A DNA stretch of 64,000 nucleotides from Octopus sinensis (lineage: Eukaryota): the NCBI RefSeq assembly GCF_006345805.1, contig NC_042999.1, positions 123,008,001-123,072,000 on the forward strand, in the 5' to 3' direction. A program made the position numbers and the translations under genes. Numbering within the stretch: position 1 is the stretch's first letter; every line of letters starts with the position of its first letter. Below, in pieces: positions 28,106 to 38,685 of this stretch. The notes below the pieces were generated by a model. The model saw only the letters and a program-made list of their open reading frames with translations. It ran no database searches and was not told where the DNA came from.

Positions 28106-28400
28106 AGCATTTAATTCAAATCAATTCCTGTCTGCATCACATAAATTAACAAACTATATAATGCTTCTGTATAGTGCAGTGAGCACCATAGAAGAGAAGG
28201 CAAACAGAGTTTGTGGACTGGTTTTTGTTTCCAGACTAGCAAATTTATTTCACTTTACAAAAGCAATTCCCATTCCTTCGTCATCCCCAAAAGACTAATC
28301 CACTAATGCCATACTCCAAAACAGTTTTAAAGTTCAAATGTCACTATTTATCAGGTTTTAAAATGAAATATTGATTGGTTGAAAAAAAATTTGATTATAT

Positions 28401-28472
28401 ACATACTTTTATGTGTATACATACTTTTATGTATATACATATTTTTATGTATATACATACTTTTATGTATAT
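28401..28472. repeat. 18-bp minisatellite x4 (ACATACTTTTATGTATAT)
   Basis: Four near-identical tandem units directly visible. Confidence 0.9.
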
Positions 28473-28605
28473 GTGTGTGTGTATGTATAAAAAGAAAGAT
28501 ATATATATACACCCATACATAAATAAATGCATACATACTTATTTGTATGTATATATATTTGTTCTGTCAGTTTATATATATTGGTTCTTTTTTCTCCTTT
28601 TCTAG

Positions 28606-28686
28606 GATTCACAATCTGGATTACCACTGTCATGTGCTGACACTTTCTATTGTGATAGTCCTGAAAAGTACATAACTGAACAAATA
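28606..28686 (+). CDS. Internal coding exon (phase 0/0, 81 nt) of an unidentified multi-exon gene: DSQSGLPLSCADTFYCDSPEKYITEQI
   Basis: Strong acceptor (ttctttttttctccttttctAG) and consensus donor (ATA|GTAAGT). Length is a multiple of 3, only phase 0 is stop-free, and the sequence is not in a recognisable repeat. Protein family not recognised. Confidence 0.6.
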
Positions 28687-29214
28687 GTAAGTTGAGATTC
28701 AATATTTTGCAAGTAATTCTTTCCTTTTTCTTTTTTTTTCTTCTTCTTCCAATCTTCATGTAATCCTAAAATATGTATAACTGTATGTATTTTAAATCTT
28801 GCTGGGTTCAAATTTGACTTTCTTTCTCCTAGGGTTAATTAAATAGAGCAACCCTCCCCTCAAAAACTGATGGCTCTGTGCCAAAATTTGAAACCATTAA
28901 TGCTATTGTTATTATTGCACTTGCCTTTGGTGTCCAGAGAGATCTTGGACAGTGGGGTTCCTCCTTTATCCCTAGAGGTCATCCTGTATCAGAATTACAT
29001 CTTATCATCCTTCCATTTTTTTAACCTTTTGTATACTATGTATATCTCCCTTCCTTTTTATTGTATACCATGAATACTTATTCTTTTATGTTGTTTATTT
29101 ATTTTATCATTTCATTGTATGTAACACCCCCCCCCTGACACACACACTTTGTGTCTGCCTTTGTATTGTCCCCCTCATCCTGCATCCTGGTGGCAAATAA
29201 ATGAAATCATTGTT

Positions 29215-29750
29215 ATTTATTATTATTATTGAATGAGAGAGTAGCACACACCATCTAAGTGATGCTGGGCTATAGATATGAAGTCCTATATACCCATCAT
29301 GATTACTTGTCTGACAAGAGTACACCAGGCACATGCACCATAACAAAATGTGCATAACATGGTGATCTCATACCAAGGTAAACAGCACAAGATCTTACAG
29401 GTGAGGCCCAGTTAGAATTTTATTCACATCAAGTAGCCCATCCTGCTCAAAAGGTCCCTGTGAATAAAGGTTGTTTAAGGATGATGAACAAAACGTCCAT
29501 GTTAACTGAGGTCAATTATTCAAACCCTCCAAAATTCATCTTAACATATAACTATGATGCACCCCACTATTCTTGCTTATGATCAGAGAAGCACACTAAG
29601 GGACATGCTCAACTAGTTAAGGTCTAGTAAATGATAAGTAAATCTGAGGCATTCAGCAGAATATTTGCTGTTGCCCATCTTTTACACTAAGAAAAAAACA
29701 TGATAACACTTCCAATCAGTTAAGATCTAAAGCCATGAGAGCCACTACTT
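29215..29750. mobile_element. Unclassified interspersed repeat, possibly a non-LTR 3' remnant
   Basis: More GC-rich than its flanks, bounded by (ATT)n, with no sustained ORF. Family not assignable by eye. Confidence 0.3.
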
Positions 29751-29803
29751 AGCATTGCGTTAGAGAATTTATTATTATCATTATTATTATTATTATTATT
29801 ATT

Positions 29804-30030
29804 ATGGCGAGCTGGCAGAATTGCTAGCATACTGGGCAAAATGCTTAATGGTATTTCACATGTTACTATATTCTGGGTTCAAATTCAACCAATGTTGACT
29901 TTGCCTTTCATCTTTTTGGGGTCAATAAATTAAGTACCAGTGAAATACTGGGATCGATGAGATCAACTAGTCTCCTCCCACTATATTTCAGGCCTTGTAC
30001 CTATAATAAAAAGGATTGTTATTATTATTT
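29804..30030 (+). mobile_element. SINE family A copy
   Basis: ggcgagctggcagaattgctagcat..ggttcaaattc..gactttgcctttcatctttttggggtcaataaattaagtaccag..ggccttgtacctata. Confidence 0.85.
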
Positions 30031-31235
30031 TCATTAGTATCTTCTTACAATTCTGTTTCAATTACTTGCCAAGTGTCTTCCTGATACCCAGGGTATATTA
30101 TTATTATCATTATTTCTCACCTAAACCTCTCATTTAAATATATAAAATGTTATAACAAACTCAGATTCACAGACTTGCACACACACATATACACATTTAA
30201 TGGCTGATATAGAACAAATATAGTTTGTCACATCTAAGCATAATGTTGACTGAGGTTTGACAAGCACACAGTTCATGTTTTCCAAGAGGCTATTCACATA
30301 GTAGAAGGATCTATTTAATTTGTAAACATTGTTTGTAGACAAGCTGCATTTCTTTCATGTAAGAAAATATAGACCTCTGTGTTCAAGATAAGAGAACACA
30401 GAATATGTCATTGATCTTGAATTCAGAATTCAAAGAAAGAAAAAGATTTAACTGACATTGTAATAAATGGTTTTTCAGAAAGAGAAGATAAAACTGAAAT
30501 TGTAATGAAGTCCAGAAATAATTAAAGAAACATCAGCTATTAAATATAACTTAGATACTTTCTTTGTAGTTAAGTTTGTGATGAGAATAATTTATTACAC
30601 TTAAAAGAAAGTCATTCTTTTATACGTACGATATGCGAATTTCATAAGAAGACCAGATCGAAGTATTATGAATGATATATGATAGATGGGCGATGAAAAA
30701 GTTTGAGAAAGCTAGAAAGTTTGAGAAAATGAAAGAGTTTGAAAAGCTTGATGTCATTTGAATCACGAAGAAATAACTTAGGAATGAATATTCATAGGAT
30801 TTAACTCAACTAATTAAAAAATTTGAACATGGGGTGTGTAATACTCATTTTCATGAGAAAATGAAACAGAAAAAGTTACAAAATATAATATCACTAAGAA
30901 ATAGATGTCTTCCAGAGATTTAACATGATAGTTAAGGGGACAAGTTTTAGCATATGTATTAGCTTCATGCTTGAAAAAGGTTGCAAAGGAGTCTTAATAG
31001 TTTGGGTGCTAGACATTCATCAGTAGCAAAATATAGAAGAAATGTATAGGGGGAGAGAAAAAGTGGCTGGACAAATAAAAAAATGACAAGTGAAGAGCTT
31101 ATGAACCAGGTGGGAAATCAGTTATATGGAGGGAGGGGTTAAGGGAGGAGGGTAAGTGGTGTGCATTCATGCATAGGAGTGTATTCATGTATTGAGATGA
31201 CATAGGAAGTGAAATGTGTGTGTGTGTGTGTGTGT

Positions 31236-32008
31236 ATTAGTCCAAGTGTCCATGAGGAAAAATACTCCTCCAGTACTGTTCTGACCTTATCTACAGAATT
31301 CATATTTTTTCCACCCAAATGATTTTGAAGACTGCAGAATAGATGATAATCAGATGGGGCAATGTCTGGCGAATATGGTTGGTGGGGCATCATTTCCCAT
31401 TCAAACTGCTCCAGCCTTTGGAATGTCATCCTCATTGTATGTGGCCAAGCATTACCCTGATGGAAGAACACCTTCCGTCTTGAAACCAAAGATAGTCCTT
31501 TTCTGATGGCATGAAGGTGGTAATGAATGGTTGAATGGCCAAATCAAAGCTTCTCAGCTAGTTCCTCAACAGTTACGATGGGATTTTGTTCCACCAGGGT
31601 TTGTAGGACATCCCTGTTGAGCTCTACAGATCTTCCAGGATGAGGCTCGACTTCTAGGCTGTAGTTTCCGGCTCAGAATTTCTGGAACCGCTGTTGACAC
31701 TGGCTTACACTTATTATCCTATCCCCATATATTGCATTAATATTCCTCGCTCATTCCATTGCATTGTTGCTTTTATTGAACTCATAGAGCAAAATATGCC
31801 GAATATGTCCTCCTTTGTCACTTCCATTATATCTTTGAAAAAATAACTGTTAAAGTCGAACTGCACCCTTCGAAACTTACACTAAGAATAAGGACAAGGT
31901 AAAATTATCACCTGCTTTTATAGCAAGTTGATTCAAGTAGTTTATCTCTCTCTGACTTTTTGTTCATGCAATTGGAAAGAACTGCATTATTTATGGGATA
32001 ACTGAATA
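31236..32008 (-). mobile_element. Mariner (Tc1/mariner) relic with an internally deleted transposase
   Basis: 5' TIR-like tattcagttatcccataaataatgcag. ATG at 31827 gives MEVTK..HIRHILLYEFNK (HTH region), joined to HQGNAWPHT...HQPYSPDIAPSDYHLF. The first catalytic D region is missing, the second is mutated, and the 3' end is truncated at (GT)n. Confidence 0.85.
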
Positions 32009-33530
32009 CATATATTGGTCCTTCTGACATTAAGTTTTCTTTTTACCACACAAGATGTGTGACTGTTGAGTGGTACTGTGATATTCATTTCATGTGCAAA
32101 GCCAGATATGTAGAAGTCTTCCCTTATTACTTTTATATCTACCCTGAGTACCATCTCTTGTGGATCCATAACTATGAGTCATCCTACTAATTCGATTTAT
32201 TTGAATTATACAGGTCATAGCATTACAGTATCTCCTATAAACAGTGGCTAATGTTATCAATGCCCAACCACTTTAATTCAACTCAGTGTTGCAAGGGTGA
32301 ATAAATAAATGAATGAAAAAAAAAAAATAGTTGCCTAAAAAAAATAGCAATGAAAGATACAAAAAAAATTATTGCGAGCTTGCCTATCCTCACTCACTAC
32401 CGCACACACACACACACACACGTAAGCAACATGCACAGATACTATCTCATACACACTCACACATTCACCTCACTGACCACTGATAATGGTAAATAGATAA
32501 AGAGGAATCAAAAGAAAAATAAAATAAAAGGGAAATAAAAAAAAACTAAAGAGGAATGAGGGGTTTATTGAGATTGTTAAAAACTAACAAGAGTAAATCA
32601 ACGATTATTTGACTAGGTTAACTTATGTGCACTTTTATCTATGTGATATCCTGTTAAAAATACATATATGTGGAAAGTACTTGAATACTTCTGTAAAAGA
32701 ATGCACGCATTTCAAAGCTAATTTGTTATAGTGATTTTTTAAAATTTCCTCTTTATTTACCCTTTATTTCCTCTTTCTTTTGATCCTTCTTTATCTATGT
32801 ATGCCAGAGTAAACATGTGTGTGGTGTGTATGTAGTTGGAGGTGGTAGTCAAATGTGCAGGAGATTATATATATATGTGTGTGTGTGTGTGTGTAGTGAG
32901 AGAAGGAAAAATGAGAGAGTGTTGATGTGGTGGAGAATCTGCAAGAGTTAAGTGTATGAAAGTGTAGTGCTGGTGACACAGAGACTTGAGAAGATTTTGA
33001 GGAGACTGAGAAGCCATGGGAGGAAGGTCAGTGAAAGGAAGAGAAGCAGGAGTATTTCATGGATGTGAGTTGGGGGAGAGGGGAGGAGGGCAGCAGCAAG
33101 AACACTCCATTTCATTATTACATTTTAGCATTATCTCTACCATGTTTGCAAAGTGCAGGTCTTTACCAGAACTGCATGCAGTCTCTAAATTTACCTTTTG
33201 TGAGGCTTAGCAACTTGAAATATATATATATAGGCATACATATATGATATGTATGTATACATACATGAAGTGGCAACTGATCAAAGTATGTTGAGCCCCA
33301 CGGAGGAGCTGATGAATGACAGAGGTAATTAGTGATATGTTGTAATTTCCTAACTCCTTCTGTGCTATCAGTTAGACCTCTCCTTGGAACAACTTTCTTT
33401 TGTCCCCCATCCTGCATTACTGCTCTTTTCCCTTGCCATTTTATTTTGTCTACTGAACATCCCTACTCCTTGAAGTCCATCTCATATCTGATTTCAATAC
33501 CCACACTGTCTTTCTTTCTCACTTACTGTA

Positions 33531-33570
<40 letters not shown>

Positions 33571-33914
33571 CCCACCGCACAAACTATACAGCTTCCTATT
33601 TCTCATTTATATACAGTTTTATTATACTGTTGCTCTTGATCCCAATTTCATTTGTACTGTCATTTATCCCCTCCTCCTCCTTGACCAATTCCATTTCCTT
33701 CACCTTCCACCCAGGCTGATATTCACCATTGATCACACCTCCTCTCCTGTTCATTATCTGCATTCTCCTCTATCTTCATCTTTTCATCATGTTGATCTCC
33801 TTTCACGCTCTCTCACTGATCATCTCACCCTTTTTTGATTCTCTCTCCAAGTTCTCTTCTTTTCTTATGTGGCAATGCACTCACACCTCAACACCACCAT
33901 CTCTTTTCTCTTGT

Positions 33915-34115
33915 TCCAGCTGGGGGTTGCCATGCAAGATCCATGGTGATCTCACTAGTACAAGTGCCATAAAAAAGGCACCTAGTATGCTCTGCAAAGT
34001 GTTTGGTATTATGAAGGGTATCTCATCATAGAAACCATGTCAAAGCAGACACTAAAGCATGATGCAGTCCTCTGCCTCATCAGATCCTATTGACATGCAA
34101 AATGGACGTTAAATG
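33915..34115 (+). mobile_element. Decayed RTE 3' UTR fragment
   Basis: tttggtattatgaagggtatc...catgcaaaatggacgttaaatgat resembles the reverse complement of the RTE 3' tip. Confidence 0.5.
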
Positions 34116-34424
34116 ATAACCATGTATATATCTATATATACATACGTACACACACACATACACACCTACATATGCACACATACACATATATACACACATA
34201 TATTCATATATATATATATATACACACATTCATATATATATATATATATATATATATTAGGGAATAAATCCAAATTTACAGGGAAAAAATCAGATTTAGG
34301 ATTAAATCCAATTTTATAGTAAAATATTATAAAATATTATTAGAGACAAAACCACTATTTTGCAAAACAAACGAGGAAAGACTTAATCAGTACATAAAAT
34401 TTTAATAAATAGTCAAAAAAACCG

Positions 34425-34467
34425 CCACTACAATTGTTTCTTGTCTTGATCGACAATCTTCAGGTGG
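34425..34467 (-). ncRNA. Second, identical hammerhead motif on the minus strand (mirror copy in the palindrome)
   Basis: Exact reverse complement of 34520-34562. Confidence 0.75.
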
Positions 34468-34519
34468 ACTTCCAATTTACAAGTCAGTTTCATATGAAAC
34501 TGACTTGTAAATTGGAAGT

Positions 34520-34562
34520 CCACCTGAAGATTGTCGATCAAGACAAGAAACAATTGTAGTGG
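34520..34562 (+). ncRNA. Minimal type I hammerhead ribozyme motif (Penelope-like element type)
   Basis: CCAC (stem I) - CUGAAGA - UUGUC/GAUCAA/GACAA (stem II) - GAAA - C-AAUU-G (1-bp stem III, palindromic CAAUUG) - UA (GUA triplet) - GUGG (stem I). The 10.1-11.1 pair is U-A rather than the usual G-C. Confidence 0.75.
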
Positions 34563-34649
34563 CGGTTTTTTTGACTATTTATTAAAATTTTATGTACTGA
34601 TTAAGTCTTTCCTTGTTTGTTTTGCAAAATAGTGGTTTTGTCTCTAATA

Positions 34650-34692
<43 letters not shown>

Positions 34693-34702
34693 CAAACACA
34701 CA

Positions 34703-34743
<41 letters not shown>

Positions 34744-34757
34744 CAGACACACATTCA

Positions 34758-35130
34758 TCTCTCTCTATATAAACGGCAGTTTGTCTGTGTGTGTTTCTGT
34801 GTGTCTGTTTGGTTGTACCCTCACCCTGACCACGGCTTTCAACCGATTCTGATGAAACTTGACACACACATAGCCCAATGTCATAATTCAAAACTAACGC
34901 AGCGAAAATTTTGAAAAGTTCCCCCAGTTCTGAAAAAAATCGATAAATTCGACATGGGGTCGAGAATCAGAAACACAAACAACAGACTGTCTAGGGGACG
35001 CAACTCGACCTTTTTAACTCTCAAAAAATATTTACCATCATTTTTTTTCCATTTTTTGGCTATAACTCTCTAAAAATGCTTTATAGTTATTTCCCTTACA
35101 AACCTGAGCAACGCCAGGCGATACTGCTAG
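34758..35130 (+). mobile_element. Non-autonomous Helitron
   Basis: Starts TC (A^TCTCTCTCTATATAAA), has an internal (TG)-rich microsatellite, a subterminal hairpin CCTG-A-GC-AAC-GC-CAGG (35103-35118) and ends CTAG. Inserted between A (34757) and T (35131) with no TSD, which is the Helitron signature. Confidence 0.75.
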
Positions 35131-35199
35131 TATATATATACAACTGCATGTAGACTGTTTGTGATATTTCCTTATTTTCCCTTCTGTCTCTCTGGACTT

Positions 35200-35244
35200 A
35201 GTTGTTTCTGATGAAGAGCTATGCTCGAAATATTACGAACAACT
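35200..35244 (+). ncRNA. Degenerate hammerhead-like motif in a Penelope-like tail fragment
   Basis: AGTTGTTT-CTGATGA-A-GAGC/TAT/GCTC-GAAA-TATTAC-GAACAACT. Stems I and II and both core boxes are present; the stem III/cleavage region is non-canonical (possibly CpG-decayed). Confidence 0.45.
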
Positions 35245-35347
35245 CTCTCCCTTCACCAAGTGTCCAATTAATATATCTCTTGTGCACATTTTCACACTTG
35301 TTTTTTTCTTTTTTACCCTGCTTTTAATTGTTTGTTTATTTGAATTA

Positions 35348-35413
<66 letters not shown>

Positions 35414-37099
35414 ATATTATATATATATATACACACATACACTTGTGTGTGTATGTGTGTATATATATGTGTATATATACGGATATATATGGGTGTGTGT
35501 GTTCATACATACACCTACGCATCCCTTTCATATCAAGATTGAATGCTTTATGGTCTTTGTTTTTATAATTTGTATTAATAGAATGTTGCAGGAAATCTGT
35601 AATTTTGGTTTTGCTGTACAGTTTGCAAAAACACAATTTCAGTATATTTCCTGCCTATATTAATTATCTATTTATTTTCTTCTTTCTCAATTTGTGGGAA
35701 TTTTTTTTTTTTCATTTCCACTTTAAACATTTTTTAAAACACAATATGATCAAAATTTTCTCTTAATTGTTAAGTATCATGAGCATATTTTATTATGTTA
35801 TGCTTGATATGAAACAATAATCTATTTACAATTATTGCCTGTCAATTGTTTATGCAAAATGGATTAGTTCAGTTGATAATGAATTTTCCTTTTATAATTT
35901 TCTATTTACCTTTTCCAATTTACTCCTCACTAGTGTATAATATTTGGAAGCTGTATATGCAGTGCTAGATATTGTGTGTGTGTGATGAATTTTAGTGTTT
36001 TATATCATGCAAGAGGTTGTGGAAAGTCTCCTATGTTGATTTGTTTTTTCTTAAATGTGTCAAAAATATTTTAAATGAAAGTTAGGATATTGAAAGAAAT
36101 TTTATTATTTTATTTCAGTTAAATTGTAATTCCATTTTAATTTTTTAATTTTTGTGATAAAAATTATATAAATTATCTACACTCACACACAAAGAAGCAA
36201 ATGTATATACATAGCACCTGTATTACAGCTATCTCAGGTTATGAAATTTTATGCTAATAAAAATTGTGAAGCATCACCCCTTATTTTGGGCTGAATACAT
36301 TGTGTGACTTTCTGTCTATTTTCTTGAGATACAATCAGTATTTATCTTTCTGTCTATTTATTTATTTATTTATCTTTCTATCTGTCTAAATAAATAAATT
36401 GACCTTCCTTACCACAACATTCACCAACACAATAATCGTCATCAACACCAAAGCCGTTACAGCCATACCAACACCTCAATGACCATCAACAATAGTATGA
36501 ACAAGATATGCAACTCGATCTAAAATAATAAAAAAAGAATGATTACATGAGGTATATGGTCCTCTAATTTATTTTGTGTGTTGAATAAAATATCTTTTAT
36601 CTTATATCAATGAGGATTGACTTGAGACTAAAGCAGCAGGTATATAACAAGAACAATATGACCACAGTTACCACCATTAGATCCCCCACCATCACTCACA
36701 CCAAAACGAATAACACCACAACTACTACCAACTCACCAACTTTTGAATAACCAATTGGCAACACTAATAATAATACCTGCAGGTTAGCAATGTCTGTAGC
36801 TACATGTGTTATATATCAACACTGGTGCATGTGTGCATAAGTCGAGTGTGGAATTCTTATGGGCCAAGTGAGAAGTGTAAGAGCAAAATGCCTCTGAAAC
36901 TGGTAACCCTTCAAGTACATGTAAACATACAATACTTCCTCATTCATGTTTGCTTCATCACATTTGCATTCTTACATCCATAGGAATAAGATGACAATTT
37001 TTAGTCCTCAAAAAATAGTTCTTTTCTGGTGCTGTTATTTCACTACATATTTGTTGTGGATAACTATTGATGCCACTGCTGCTGAATCTATCTGAAGGT

Positions 37100-37710
37100 A
37101 GCAGTATGAAAAAGAATTGTAAAAGGATTACACTGGATATTAAAACTTGATGTTTTTAAAAGGTTTGAAGTAGAGAGAAAGAAGAAGCCCCATTACCAAA
37201 ACATCAGGCTGATTGCCTAACCATCAAAGCTTGTAACATGTACACTAGGAACAATACATTGCAATGGGGAGAAAATCAAGTCACATGCTCAAGTGGCTGT
37301 GCTGTTAACTGCTCAGTCTTTGTCATAGATCTATGATGCTTAAGTTAGAATGAGTCTTGAGCGTATGGATTGAGTGGATCAGAGTGGACACATTGTGCAG
37401 ATAAGCATGGTGGTAATTAAAAAAGATAATGTTTGAACGATGATTTCCAGAAAAAGGAAGGGGATCCTTTAAATGAAAAATCTTTCTTGGCTAATAAGGG
37501 CTGGTTTGAAAGGTTTAAGAAGCACTTGAATTTGTACAGCATACCAGTGCTGATGGAAAGATTGGCAGTAGATATTTTGAGTAGATGAAAAAGATGATTG
37601 CTAGTAGAAAATACATAGAAAAGCAAGTATTCAATGTTGATAAAACTGCACTTTTCTAGAAACTCATGCCTGTTAGAAATTTTATTAAGAAAAACCAGCA
37701 TTTAAAGTTT
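37100..37710 (+). pseudogene. Tigger/pogo-family transposase relic
   Basis: MKKNCKRITLDIK (psq-type HTH start), FLANKGWFERFKK (CENP-B HTH) and EKQVFNVDKTALF*KLMP (first DDE motif, DET-like). Multiple stops and frameshifts. Confidence 0.8.
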
Positions 37711-38377
37711 CTGCATAAAAAAAAAACAAAAAAAAACGTATCTTCTGGGATGAAATACCACTAGTGATATGAAATTAAAGCTCTGATCATGAGGGGTGGA
37801 TAGGTTGAAGTTTCAAAATTTAGGGTAGTGTGAAAGATGGTTAGAGATTATGATATGGGTTGGGATAGATGTAGTGAAAAGGGAACAACTGTTGAGAGAT
37901 GATTGATAATAAATTTGAACCGGTAGGAAGGTAAGGGAGAAGAGGCAGTACAGAAAGGGTGCTGAGAAACTGGATAATAATATGAGATTTGCACCAAAAG
38001 TTATGTAAAAGAGGGCACCATTTTTTTTTATTACAAACACATATTAACTGATTTATACAGAGATGTTAAATGTTATACATGTTATAAATATTCATTTCCT
38101 ACTTTGGTGTAGGGTCACACATTTCTCAGGAAGTGAAAATGCTTGTTAAATTAACCTCTGTACTTAACTGGTTTTTCATTTATCAATCTCCTCAGGTTGA
38201 GAAATAAAACCAGATGTGGTAAAATTTGATCATTTAATGTAAAGCCACTGGTTGGCATGGTAATATTGAATGTTTGCAAGCATATTCTTTCTGAAGGCAC
38301 ACATTGACAATCATGCACCTCCATAAATACATGTCTATGGCTTTTAACACAAATACGTACATACATCTATGCATACA

Positions 38378-38413
<36 letters not shown>

Positions 38414-38539
38414 ATGTTTGTGTGTGTGTATACATGTGTGTATATATATGTCTGTGTGTATATATGTGTGTATATATATGCCTGTGTGTATATATGTGTG
38501 TGTGTATATATTGACACACATGTGTATATATATGTTTTA

Positions 38540-38630
38540 TTTATATTTCCTGAGCGCCATACTAATACAATTGTTCGTTTGTCTTCCACCTGCCTTCGTC
38601 TTTTGTTTATTTTCATAAAGCTTCCCGTTA
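38540..38630 (+). mobile_element. Short fragment of the same Penelope-like tail family
   Basis: cctgagcgccatactaatacaattgttcgtttgtcttccacctgccttcgtcttttgttt aligns by eye with 56490-56560. Confidence 0.4.
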
Positions 38631-38654
38631 TATATATGTGTATATATATATATC

Positions 38655-38685
<31 letters not shown>

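Larger units (their letters stand above)
34328..34659. repeat. 332-bp palindrome (166-bp arms, no spacer, 1 mismatch); inverted terminal segment of a Penelope-like element
   Basis: Centre is tttCAT|ATGaaa (34493/34494). Positions pair as i+j=68987 from 34328 to 34659, with one G/T mismatch (34373/34614). The left arm continues for about 70 nt of unpaired element-like sequence to 34257. Confidence 0.95.
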
